Assembly: GCF_902652985.1 (NCBI RefSeq)
Contig: NC_047017.1
Coordinates: forward strand, 51,336,001 to 51,400,000
Direction: 5' to 3'
From: Pecten maximus
Lineage: Eukaryota
Length of the DNA: 64,000 bases
A model generated the notes under the pieces. The model saw only the letters and a program-made list of their open reading frames with translations, searched no databases and was not told where the DNA came from. How positions within the stretch are numbered: the stretch's first letter is position 1; each line of letters begins with the position of its first letter. Shown one piece after another: positions 51,985-64,000 of the stretch. Made by a program: the position numbers and the translations under genes.

Positions 51985-52510
51985 TTTTAGCTGACCTGTT
52001 GCGCAGCATGTGTCTGTCGTTCTTCCGGCCATCATTTGTCAATGTTTCCTTTCAATCTCTACCAGTCCTGAACGACAAAATGGATTATTGAGCAAAGGAG
52101 ATCTAATGTTGTATAAATGGAGGGTGTTGCTCCTTTTGGGTGGGAGGGGCTTGGCCCCATAGGGGACCTTGAGGTGAATTCTTCAAAATGCTACTAGTCC
52201 TGAATTTACTGAATGGATTTTGATGAAATTTTGTCTTGAGTATTATTGGGCAAAGGATATATAATGAATAAATGGAAAGGTGTGATTCCCTTAGGGCTTG
52301 AGAGAGGGGGCCAATTGGGGAAATATACAAAACAAAACCCATTAAAATTGTTCTTCTTTTTAAGAATTACAGGATTTGGTCCACCTGCCGTTTGAACTGT
52401 TATTAGGAAAGGCAGCTCAAGACATTTTTTTGTAATATAAAATGAGAGTATTTTGCCATGATTTCTGAAATATCTTGGTGGGTGGTGCAGGCCCTCTGGA
52501 CATCTTGTTT
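51985..52510. mobile_element. Degenerate HINE-like element; its left boundary is duplicated (58 bp x2, about 51882-51998)
   Basis: tttttagctgacctg start, ctgtcgt microsatellite, diverged agtcctgaa...atggatt units, ggccctctggacatcttgttt end. Confidence 0.6.
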
Positions 52511-53086
52511 TATACCATTTTTTTTTCTTTCTGAAGATGGTAGATAATGAATTGCTCTAACACCTTTCTTTGTGTTTTTTACTGAAATGTGTTTTTAAAA
52601 TTCACAATTATTGTATAACATATACATTGTAAACCTTGTAAAGTATCACAACCAGTGTTAAATGGGTGTTGAAACTAGAGGAAGCAACATCTTTAGTGTA
52701 GGAATGTAACCTTGTTAGGGCTGTTTTAATCTTGACAATCTAGTAGGTCTTGCCCGGTAACTTATATCTTTGATCTGTATTTAACCCACCAGTGCCAGTA
52801 GATAAGAAGAGAGTTTTTGTAGGAGAGGAAAATCCATGTTTTGTGATGAAGTGTGCCTGTCTACAGAGAGCGAGTTGGATATGATTCATTAAATAAAGAA
52901 AATGTAAATGATATTGGATATTTGTATTTTATGTCCATTTATAAATGCATGCTTTAGTTCCTATATCAGATTTTAAACAGTAAGACACCCTTCCATATTT
53001 TACATTGGGGTCATGTTTCCTTGCTGCTGGAGTTCATTCACATAGGTGTGGGTTCTTTTAGGGGTTATGTAAGTGTTGGATTCTCT

Positions 53087-53320
53087 GTACTGGTCAGTTC
53101 CAACCATGTGGTTACTGGCCTTTCCATACTGGTCAGTTCCAACCATGTGGTTACTGGCCTTTCCATACTGGTCAGTTCCAACCATGTGGTTACTGGCCAT
53201 TCCATACTGGTCAGTTCCAACCATGTGGTTACTGGCCATTCCATACTGGTCAGTTCCAACCATGTGGTTACTGGCCATTCCATACTGGTCAGTTCCAACC
53301 ATGTGGTTACTGGCCATTCC
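53087..53320 (-). repeat. 39-bp x6 repeat (encodes GMASNHMVGTDQY in the +1 frame of the tetraspanin last exon)
   Basis: tactggtcagttccaaccatgtggttactggcc(t/a)ttcca. Confidence 0.93.
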
Positions 53321-53453
53321 TTGTTGACCAGTAAGGTTCTGACCAGATTGGTATTGTCCATTGGCTGGAACATGGTTTCCTGGGAAGGATGTGTAGCGGA
53401 GAGGCTCAGGAAAGTTGATCATCTCAGCAGACTTAATGGTCATGTATGGATTT

Positions 53454-56400
53454 TCATTCCCGTGTCGGAGGAAGGGGTTCCTCATAAACACCTTGGTCTT
53501 CAAAGGAGGAATTCAGTGAAATGTCGTCTGTGTCTATACTGGTACTGTCTTCCTTGTCCTCCAGGAGGGGTTCCATGCTTGTCGGATCTCCGGGAACACT
53601 GTCCTTTACTGCCCTATCCTTCTTATGAAATGTTTTCACCTCTGTAAAGATAGAACAGGCTTCCGTTCACCTCATATGACCTTTTCAAATGCTATAATCT
53701 AGTTAATAAGCACTTACAACAATTTGATAAATAGATGTACCCAATTCTTATATTTTGACCACCTTGTGAGTTATTGCGTTGTAGCTTGAAATTGGGATCT
53801 TTTCAAAGTTTCACATGAAATACTAATAGTTGTTGATATTTGCACATATCCATATTGCTGTTGGTATGGAAGTGATTTTAATGTCTCTACAACAGGGCCT
53901 TGAGGATAGCTGTAGATGGGTAGCTATGGAACGATACAGTATTTACTTCACTCCCACATTTCTTTTTTATCCAAACAGCGACATATGACGATATGGTTTG
54001 GTTATCTGTCGAGTACATATACGTACCTCTTTTGACGGCTTTGATGGCGACCTTGCCACTGCAAGGGAAGATATATCCGATGGAGGCTTTCTTGGGATCG
54101 TCATTTTCCAGGGACCCGTCCACTGATGTCTGCAGCAGCCGCATTATGGTCACCGTGATCAGCTGTAACACACGAGGCGTCCCTGTCACAATGTTATTGA
54201 CTGTATCTGTTACAACCGACTACTTGTACTTTTAACCCGGAAAGTAATGATACAATGATATTCATATTAGATTGAGTAATGAGTATCGCGTGCCAGAAAC
54301 ACTCCAGGAAGGTACATGTAGGGAAAAGCTAAATTTCCGGTTTTCCAATAAAGATATACATTTGAGATGACGTACATTTTCTTCTTTGACATTATCTTGT
54401 ACGCTCTAGAAATCTGACAACTTCTTTTATCAGAATTACCGCCGAGTGCTTATACATTTATTCGGAAAGTAGAAACAAAAAAGTCATTTGGATAATAAAG
54501 ATGTTATATATTATAACGTCATTTAAATTGGTGTTTGTTGCTAAGGTCATACTTGGTTGTTTTTCAAAACAGAAATGGAAGATGATCTTTTTCCTTATGA
54601 ATTTCTATGAAGAATTATATTGTTATTTAGTGTAACATTGAGCATCCCTGGGACCAGTACCCACACGAGATGCTTAGTTATGTTTCTCCCGTTTTGCTTA
54701 TAATCTTAGTATTATAAATGTGTCTGCTACATCGTCAGTAATTAGGCTAATAATCTTAGTATTATATATATGTGTCTGCTACATCGTCAGTAATTACATG
54801 TAGGCTTATAATCTTAGTATTATAAATGTGTCTGCTACATCGTCAGTAATTAGGCTAATAATCTTAGTATTATATATGTGTCTGCTACATCGTCAGTAAT
54901 TACATGTAGGCTAATAATCTTAGTATTATATATGTGTCTGCTACATCGTCAGTAATTACATGTAGGCTAATAATCTTAGTATTATAAACGTGTCTGCTAC
55001 ATCGTCAGTAATTACATGTAGGCTAATAATCTTAGTATTATAAATGTGTCTGCTACATCGTCAGTAATTACATGTAGGCTAATAATCTTAGTATTATAAA
55101 TGTGTCTGCTACATCGTCAGTAATTACATGTAGGCTAATAATCTTGGTATTATAAATGTGTCTGCTACATCGTCAGTAATTAGGCTAATAATCTTAGTAT
55201 TATATATGTGTCTGCTACATCGTCAGTAATTACATGTAGGCTAATAATCTTAGTATTATATATGTGTCTGCTACATCGTCAGTAATTACATGTAGGCTAA
55301 TAATCTTAGTATTATAAACGTGTCTGCTACATCGTCAGTAATTACATGTAGGCTAATAATCTTAGTATTATAAATGTGTCTGCTACATCGTCAGTAATTA
55401 CATGTAGGCTAATAATCTTAGTATTATAAATGTGTCTGCTACATCGTCAGTAATTACATGTAGGCTAATAATCTTAGTATTATATATGTGTCTGCTACAT
55501 CGTCAGTAATTACATGTAGGCTAATAATCTTAGTATTATAAATGTGTCTGCTACATCGTCAGTAATTACATGTAGGCTAATAATCTTAGTATTATAAATG
55601 TGTCTGCTACATCGTCAGTAATTACATGTAGGCTAATAATCTTGGTATTATAAATGTGTCTGCTACATCGTCAGTAATTAGGCTAATAATCTTAGTATTA
55701 TATATGTGCCTGCCACATCGTCAGTAATTAGGCATAAACCTACTATAATTGTATACGTTCTGGAAAGTCTGACAACATTTTATTGTAATACATTGTATTT
55801 AGGAACGACTTTGATAATATCGATACGTGCCTGTAGGAATGAGATGGAGAGGACGAGAGCTCCCACGTCTGTGAGTAGGTGGTTACCGTAGATATCCACG
55901 AGGACGTCCTTACACCCGACGCCATGCAGTGTCACCTTGGTGCGGTAATCGTAGTTATAGTGAATATCATTATCATGCACGTGATGGTGGACACATGGGC
56001 GTAGTACGTCGGCAATACAACAGCTGAATGGTACGTCATCGTTCAGATAATCCCCTGTTTTGTAACTTAAAGAACCGTAAAATTAAATCACTACCAAACC
56101 GAAAATTTGGATTGAACTGTACATGAAATACTTGAAATTTTACATTTGTTTACATTCTTTTAGATAATTATTTGCTTTTTCCTCTGATAAGATTTGTATA
56201 ATCATCCGTAGCCTATTTCAAGTGATATTGCCCATTATAATAATTAAAAACAGAGAGCAAAACAACACACTTTAGTTAGGTACAAGCACAAAAAAGAAAG
56301 TAAAATTATCGGGTGAAAGAGCTAGCAATTGTTGTATAGAAATTCAAGAATATTCATTGAAAACCATAAGGATAAAAATCCCTGAAATTATGTCAAAATG

Positions 56401-57072
56401 CACGAAATATTTACAGTATAGTAAAAATAGTACGCGTCCTACTACATTTTGGACGTATCTAATGTTTTAGATCAGTCAAATATTTGATTATGATATATTT
56501 TACCTTGTCAACAACGTTTTCTTTGCTTCTGATATGTATTCTTCGTGTACCCAGCTGACATGGAACCAGTCGGTATATGATGAAACCCCACAGCATCTGT
56601 AACTGATTTGAAGCGTATCCAGCTCCCGTTTCTTCGCTCTATCATCTTTGTAACTACGCATTGCAGTTGAAATGCCCTTTTCGAAAGAGGATTCCAACAT
56701 TGAAATCTGAACGAAGCACATAATTGCCGAGACAAAAACAACAAATGCTACAATTATGTGTACTATGACGAGAGGAAACAAATACTTGCTCCAATCAAAC
56801 CTTTTTGAATATTCGCGGTTCGTCCAACATACTTTACCACTGAATAGACTAATCAATGCTCCGAAAAATCCAAATATAATCATGAATGCAGGTAAAACGT
56901 TGCCGTCGAAACCTTCAATCAGACTTATTTGTTCCTGGATGGCAACTTGTATATATGCCCCGGCGGCAAGTACTATCAACGACGGCACAACACAAATCAT
57001 ATGCAGAACTCCAGACGCCTTTGCGGTCATCTGCCTTGACTCTTCGCTCATTTCAACTTCCGGACAACCCAT
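53454..57072 (-). CDS. Peripherin-2/ROM1-like tetraspanin, 4 coding exons
   Basis: Exons 57072-56504, 56065-55831, 54162-54027, 53641-53454. Four TM segments; LDTLQISYRCCG..YTDWF, DVPFSCC....RPC, HYNYD, GC and MRLLQTSVDG match the PRPH2/ROM1 subfamily. Intron 2 needs a GC donor. Confidence 0.88.
54700..55732. repeat. 49/56-bp minisatellite in tetraspanin intron 2
   Basis: taatcttagtattataaatgtgtctgctacatcgtcagtaatt(acatgt)aggctaa. Confidence 0.95.
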
Positions 57073-57109
57073 ATTATAAGGTTGAGTGTTGCTAAATGAT
57101 GCTCAGAAA

Positions 57110-57200
57110 GTATGGTCCGCCATTTTGTAAAGTCAACGTCATATTTGGCGCAAATGACGTCATAGTTTTATGACGTCCCAAAATGAATGACGCACAACAC
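57110..57200 (-). promoter_or_regulatory. Proximal promoter motifs of the tetraspanin gene
   Basis: YY1-like AAAATGGCGG on the minus strand (57117-57126), a perfect CRE TGACGTCA (57155-57162) and neighbouring TGACG half sites. Confidence 0.4.
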
Positions 57201-57309
57201 TAAATCCGTGATGTCAGAACAATACTTTTTCCACCACCTTAACTTCCTTAACTTAAACTCCCTTTCTCCTCTTTCTTAATAACTTTCTTTTTATGTCTCC
57301 CTTGACAAT

Positions 57310-57680
57310 GTCACACTTTTGGTCTTTATTTGAGCGTTCGCCCCTGTGAGGAAGTCTTTGGGTTTTGTCCCCTTGTCGAGATGCTTCCCCTGCTTAGCGC
57401 TCGGCATTTTGGGAGTGGGACGACTGGTTTGCGCATTGTCAGTATATATATATAATGTGACCGGATGGGGTGTCCTGCTGGGTGTCTTCGGCAGTAGCCT
57501 GATATGCTTCAGTGAGGTAGCACTATAAATTTCCGGACTACCAAAAGGAGACATACCGCAGTCACCAAAAACACACATTCGCACTAACCACACGCGTACA
57601 TGTCGCACGCACGAGAGGCCGTCCTTAAATGACCTTATCTGTTGATAGGCGTTAAACAATAATAAACTAAACCAAACTTA
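57310..57680 (+). mobile_element. SINE with Meta-SINE-like core and (AAAC)-rich tail
   Basis: TGCTTCCCCTGCTTAGCGCTCGGCA..GACTGG..TGTCAGTATA..ATGTGACCGG..GTGTCTTCGGCA..CTTCAGTGAGGTAGCACTATAAA; tail TGTTGATAGGCGTTAAAC-AATAATAAACTAAACCAAAC. A tail-only fragment lies at about 30255-30311. Confidence 0.75.
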
Positions 57681-57711
57681 AGGAATTACTTAGCCGATGT
57701 TCCTTAACTTA

Positions 57712-57936
57712 AATAATTGAAGATAGGTTCAATTAGTCTTATTTAAACCTATCTTTAATAGAATTGAACCTATCTCTAATTGAATTGTACCTATCTCTTA
57801 TTGAATTGAACCTATCTCTAATTGAATTGAACCTATCTCTAATTGAATTAAACCTATCTTTAATTGAATTTAACATATCTCCAAATAATTGAAGTTAGGT
57901 TAAATTAATTGATATATGTAAATTGGGCGTTCCATA
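57712..57936. repeat. 21-22-bp repeat array with inverted copies (probable MITE fragment)
   Basis: aattgaattgaacctatctct about 6 times, flanked by inverted aattgaag(a/t)taggtt(c/a)aatt. Confidence 0.65.
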
Positions 57937-59364
57937 CAGTTCCGCTACACAGGTATAGTTTATCTTCAAGTTATACATAATCGTGATCATTTATTCCGGA
58001 TGCATCGCTTTATCTAGTCATTAAAAATCCCTAAAACAAAGATAAGTTTTAACAAAAAAAATCCCATTTTGGTGCTTCAAGCTACACCAAAACACAGCTT
58101 ACCAAATAAAAATGTATAGCGTAGGAGTGTGTATGTTAACAAAACATGCGTATTACGGATTGACACCAGTACTTTGTGGCCATGCAGTAAAACAGACACC
58201 TCGAACGTCACTGCCCGCCCATCATCTGTCAAGCTCACCAAAGTTAAAGCTACACGGCCAATATCACACTTGTCAACGTCAATATTTTTGCTGGATCAGT
58301 AAATTTTGGTCAGCATTTCTGTTCTAAGATTGGTTTAATGTAAAGTGGTCAGTAGCTACACATATTTTAATCTGCCCAATTAAAAAAACAGGTACGTTTA
58401 AGCAAATTACGTTGCTACTGTTTGACAATAGCAAAATCTACTTTGTTTCTCCGTAAAACCACCGTGAAGTGACCAGTATCTACAAAAGTAAAGAACTATA
58501 TAAGCAATACTCCTTTATAGTTTCCAACGAGGAAAGTTTCCGTGTATACCATGTTATACCTGATCGGATAACTGATCATTGCACAGATACGCCTTCAGAA
58601 ACCTTAGAGCTTACATCGGTGTTTGATTGACATGATTGACAAAGGTGTATCATATACAGAGATTATTTACATATCAAAGATGAAACTCAATACCTGAACT
58701 ATTATTGACATAAAAAATCTTAAACGTGTACACCAAAATCGAGGATGTAATCAATAGGTTGTTACCACACAATCATATTGGTAAAGTCTCGTCACAAAAC
58801 GAGAGTCAAGGCTAGTGTCAACGAAACCACTAGACACACCAACCAACAGGGTTTTTTTGTTTTTGTTTTGTTTTGTTTTTTGTTTTTGTTTTTTTTTTTA
58901 AACCAAACTTCATTTCGAACAAAATTTAGATTGCTTCCAAATGATATTTTGTTCAAACTATGCCAATCTAGCTGACTTCCAAGTCATAGATTACAACATG
59001 AGCATGTTACAAGCAATTTTGTTTATGTGTTTGTAATTTATATCAGTATAAATGCATGCCCATTCATCTGTCTTTTGGCCACTATACCTCTTTGTGATTG
59101 TATTTCCTATATTGCCCCATGTGGGCCGGAATTCGTTAATAAAGAATTGTATTGTATATAATATTTATATAAAAAAAAAACGATATACAGTTTTTATCGA
59201 GATGTCACATAGGAAAGTTTGTACAGTAAGTGTTTTTAGCAGCTGACATCTAACTAGTCCGAATTTTCTGACGATCTTACTACAAGGCAGCTTGAAAGGC
59301 GATATTAACATCAGAACCCTTCGGATTAACATCTAACAAGTCTAAGTAGGGATGCATTTTGAAA

Positions 59365-60895
59365 GCATGTTATGACGAGTGTGTGAGTGGAAATGATATC
59401 TGGATGTGTAATATTAAACATGAATTGTCAATTCTAGGTCTTCATTATTTGTTTGAGAACGAGTTTCCCGTCTCTGTGGCATATGCTATTATAAAACAAA
59501 GATTATTTAAGAAATAATTAACGATGATTCGTGTATTGTTGCAGGATATACAACGAGGACGAGGATATTTTGCAATTAAATTAATAACGAAGGCCGCAGG
59601 CCTGAGTTATTAATTAAAATTGCAAAATATCCGAGTTCGAGTTGTATATCCTGCAACAATACACGAGTCAAAGTTGATTATTTCTATTCTACCATGTACT
59701 GTTTAGTTCTGAGACCTACCTCTTTCTAATAGAAAAACGGCAAAGAAACCCCGGGAAAACCTTGTAATTTATTTCTTGAGTATTGCATTATTTCGCTGAT
59801 AAAATATACATTTCTTTACATGTACTACAGTACTACAATCAAGAACATCTATCATATGGCATTGATTTTGAAAATTAAAAAAAAAAAAGGGATGAAAAAA
59901 AGGCAAAAAAAAAAAAGCGGCCTTCGTAGGATTCGAACTCGCGTCGTGATAAAAGATTAAGGAGAGATTAACCCATTAGCCCACTCGGTGAATATTAGAT
60001 ACATAACATTGTAACAGCCATGACTCACGCGCGTGTATTATTGACACGAGCGTGTATTATTGGAAAATAATACATGGTTTTAAACCAATCAAAACTGGCG
60101 TTGCATAGCAAACATGGTAGAATAGAAGTTAATGAACAGGAAATGCTTAGCAGAATTAAAAACTCATCAAAAGGATTTTTGTACCAACATATTACTGATA
60201 ATTTTGATATACAATATTATCTATGTAAACCCATTGAAACAAAATATAAACGTATGTTAACAAAGTTTAGATTATCTGCGCATAATCTTAATATAGAAAC
60301 TGGACGTCATAGCAATATTAATAGAGTAAATAGATTATGTAGCAGATGTAACGTCGGTAATGTAGAGGATGAATTTCATTTTATTTTGAGGTGTTCATTT
60401 TATAAGGAATTAAGGGGGAAATACATTAAATTTTTTATTACAAAAGTCCAAGTGTGTTTAAGTTAATAAAACTTTTGAGTGTAAACAATGTCAAAGAACT
60501 ATGCAACACTGCCAATTTTTTGTATTTTGCTGTAAGGCAGCGTGATAACCAGTAATATTTTAGTAGTTATAGTGTACAACACTGCAGCTCATTCTTACAT
60601 ATTCAGTTAATTATTCTCTATTATGAGTTTGTACTTATAATTATGTGTAATTTTTACAATGCTTACTTTTACCATTTAACACTTTTGTGTGTTAAGTTTT
60701 GTGTATTGTTACACATAGCCATCTATCTCCTGATTACGTAGTTATTTACTTATGTTGGTGTGTGTGAGAGTGTGTGAAACTGTGCGAGTGTGTTTATTAG
60801 ACGTGAATAATTGTATTCTTTGTACATGTATTATTGATGCGCCTATGAGCCGTAAGGCTCTCGGCAAAATAAAGAATCTGAATTTGAATCTGATG
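59365..60895 (+). mobile_element. 5'-truncated LINE remnant (ORF2 C-terminus, RTE-X/CR1-like), interrupted by an insertion
   Basis: LTKFRLSAHNLNIETGRH...RLCSRC..VEDEFHFILRC..YKELR; reading frame continuous across the insertion (IIKQRLF / EVNEQEM); frameshift near 60430; 3' end AATAAA + (GAATCT/GAATTT) tail. Confidence 0.85.
59510..60127. mobile_element. Hairpin-headed non-autonomous element inserted in the LINE
   Basis: About 175-bp palindrome centred on gaaggccgcaggcctgag; ttctattctaccatgt pairs with terminal acatggtagaatagaa; AGAA at both ends. Confidence 0.85.
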
Positions 60896-62221
60896 CTAAG
60901 TCTATCAGAGGTCCACGGGTCTGTATCACCCAGCTGTTCTATATAGCGTACGTGTATAATTTAGGTCATTGATGAAACCTCCTTATTTCTGTTTAGTTGA
61001 TTATTATTATTCGTTGGATATCAAAAACAAAGAAGCAGTCATCCAAAGATTGAGAGTAGGTCGAGGAAATTGACTCAAACACCCCCTGTGTATTTTGGAC
61101 ATTCGAGAAGATGTTAAAAGATTAGGCCTATAGCATTTTTTTTCTATCCCTGAGAGTAGGTAGATAATACATTTAAGTACAAAGTACAAACCTTACTCCA
61201 GCACTACCCGCAGATTTACTCACTTGTTGAGAAGTCGTTTTACCTCTGTATAAATTAGTTCTGTTCCGACTATTATGACCTTGAAAGAACGTAGGTCAAG
61301 TTCATTCATCTGAACAAACTTTACGTGTCCACCCTTTCCATACGTTCTCACCTGCTGCTAAACCATTAGAAGAAGTTAAATATTTAATTAATTTGACTCC
61401 TGTAACATTGAAAGTAGATCGACTAATGATCAATGTCATTTCTCTCATATGTCCATCACACTATACTAGTTCAGTATCACGAATTTGGTCTCTTGGGTAT
61501 TGAGGAATCAATGCAATCAAAAAGTTTGCACTAGACCCGAATTTCCAGCCTATGGTCCATATAATTTGTATGTATCCTTCACAGGGACCTGAGCATTTGT
61601 TATAGACTCTGTGTAATCAGTTAGCACATTTTCAGACGTTTTGAGGCTAGATTAAAGATCCGGTAGAAATGCCACCCGCGGTGTTCATTATAACTAGAGT
61701 CTAGCATATATATGTCTCTGTAACTAGTCTGTAATTTAACCTTCCCTTATGTACACAATCACCCCAGTTCCTATGGATCGAGGGCGAAGTCCCCGTGAAC
61801 TGAGCAAAACGTTAGGCCATTGGTAGAGTTTTTCAGGGCACTAGCTTATTTCCAATACTAGGCCTATATGTAAGGAAAAACATAAAAAGGGCGTATAGCC
61901 AGATATCGATTGTTTTGATGCTAGCTGGTAGGACCAAAGTCCGTGGCCGTTTTCGTTTTTGTGGTCCAAACGATTGGACCAGTTTGACCGATGTTGTTCA
62001 TTTATGAAATAAAGACGGATCTTGTGATTTTATATTGTTTTCAGACGAGTATTGACAAAAACTTCCAAGGCCTGTATTAACATTTACAGGTCCGTCAAGA
62101 TACATGTTTCAAATATTAATGTAAAAACTGATGAATCGGTTTGTCCGCATAAACGAAAAGGCCCCGTGCTAGAGTGCACGTGAGAGCTCTTCAGTCATCG
62201 GAGGTAAGATTACTTGATGAC

Positions 62222-63989
62222 ATGGCGGTCAAACAAATTCTGTTTGTGTTTGCATGCATCGTTTTAAGTAACCATGCAGACCAGTCGTGCGGAATTGCAA
62301 ATGTTCAAGTGGAAAACGAAGACGGTACTACTCAGGTGTTTGAAGTGAAGCGTCTCGAGCCGGTGAAAGGCGAATCGTGCAGTCTATGTTCTTTGAAGCC
62401 CGTCAACTCTGTACCACGGTTGACAGCACTTGGGTCCAATGTTTTCCTGGCAGTGGGTGAAGTCGTCTCCCAGTGTGGTAAACAAAATACGCTTCATACA
62501 TGTTTAACAAGCTGTATAATCCATATAACAGAAATAGTAATAACCTATTTTTGGATCGTTCATTTTGTTGACTTAATGTTATACACATCTTCTGGTCTGA
62601 TCAACAGTCAACTGACTCGCGATCGGTGACTGTGCTCTAGTAATAATTTGTAGTATATGTACTATGTTGATAATAGTGTAATGTAGTTATGCTTTTCTCA
62701 ATAGAGCCGAACCTTGTTATCTCGAAGTCAACGAAAGACTTTTGAGATATCCCGGGTATTCAAGGTATCAGAGTTTATTTTATATAGAATTAAATATTTT
62801 TGCCTGTGGGACTGATTGTTTATTATAGGCTATTCAAGTTAAGCAAGGTCTTTAAGTTATCGAAATTCGAGATAATGAGGTTTGACTGAATCTGCTTTTA
62901 AGCAGTGCTACGCTAGAGTTTATACTGCAGGCATTTCATACAGAGTAGTGTTTTATTCAAATGTGTTACATTGTCAATCCTGATTTGCCTTTGGGCTTGT
63001 AAGTTATTTGAAAAAAAGTAATAATGACGGTACTGTCGCCCAATATAGGAAGTGATATTAATTGGATGCATATTAAATAAATACATACAGTTCCCAAAAT
63101 CGATCCTTCTCGAAAACGATGACTCTTTATAATGAACAAAATGGTGATGTACAGAATTGATCCTTCTTTTAGTAATAAAAGAAAATAATTTCCTCAATAC
63201 TGATCCCTTTTAATTTCAAATATTGAACCTGATTACATATCAAAAGTTAAATACTTCTGTAAACCCGCCTTACCTGAGCTAACATCAGGTGTCCAGCCAA
63301 CCTGCAACCATGAAATAACATGTACACATGTGGTGTGATTGTTGTTCTAAACTTTGTCTGGGACAGTAGTTGTTTAAATGGTACGATTAGAGGTGCATTA
63401 ATTAGGAATTAATTTGTATAATAAACAGTCAGTATGAAACCTTACCAAATCAACATGCATTCTTGAAGGCATTTGAAGTGGTACCATCTAATCAGGCCTT
63501 GAACTGGTTATTTCTGGCAGCAAACAAATTCATACATAATAATAGTAATTAAGCTCATGCATGTTGTGATGTCCTCAATAATTCTGGGTTGATGTTTAAG
63601 TTTCTTGTTCTTCATTTAACTGTAAAACCGTTTGAATTACAAAATTGTCCTGCCAATGATATCACAGCATTGTGCATCATAAGTGAAATATGATATACAG
63701 CATATGTTTACAATCAGTATTTTTAGTTTATTTCTAAGATTCTGCATTCAATGAATTCATTAACTTCCATAATATTAACACTGCTTCAAAGATTAAAAAA
63801 AAAGCCAAATGTTACTTGATCAATGATATCTTCTGACCCTGACCAGTCAGTGTAAGGAATCACTTAAATGACATATATTGACATTGTTTTTTAGATGATA
63901 CCAATGCTGATCTACCTGAAGGCCTTTGTTCATCCTTCAAGGATACTGGCCATTGTTCTAAGGATTCTGTCTGCAACCATGAACCTGAG
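62222..63989 (+). CDS. Unidentified secreted or membrane protein, first two coding exons (partial; continues beyond the right edge)
   Basis: ATG in gacATGGCG context and signal-peptide-like MAVKQILFVFACIVLS. Exon 62222-62477 (phase 1 donor G|GTAAAC) joins 63895-63989 (DDTNADLPEGLCSSFKDTGHCSKDSVCNHEPE|GT). No diagnostic domain visible. Confidence 0.65.
62703..62888. mobile_element. Tigger/mariner-type MITE remnant
   Basis: ccgaaccttgttatctcgaa ... ttcgagataatgaggtttgactg inverted termini. Confidence 0.7.
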
Positions 63990-64000
63990 GTATAAAAGCT

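Noticed and set aside
53021-53647. 208-aa plus-strand ORF
   Set aside because: Antisense shadow of the tetraspanin last exon and the 39-bp repeat.
60074-60466. 130-aa ORF as a host gene
   Set aside because: Chimera of the inserted element end and a frameshifted LINE ORF2 remnant.

Overview
AT-rich, intron-containing animal genomic DNA. The repeat families suggest a bivalve mollusc, possibly a scallop (inference only). It holds six spliced protein-coding genes: BPNT1 (-, exons 1-3, runs off the left edge) head-to-head with a complete 20-exon SCYL1 (+); B4GAT1 (-) head-to-head with a five-CCP SUSD4/SUSD6-like receptor (+); a peripherin-2/ROM1-like tetraspanin (-); and the first two exons of an unidentified signal-peptide protein (+). 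Most long ORFs in the supplied track are artefacts of minisatellites. The most striking unexplained structure is that about 10 of about 35 splice donors, plus one acceptor, are themselves tandemly duplicated: unrelated 31-108 bp units made of exon end + GT + intron start, in 2 to 28 or more copies. Other points of interest: two unrelated hairpin-headed elements whose internal sequence is the reverse complement of their own end-to-end junction; short TG...CA elements carrying a tRNA-like Pol III promoter; a GC-AG intron; and a +1-frame C-terminal extension of the tetraspanin. All exon models were read by hand and are unverified by RNA data.
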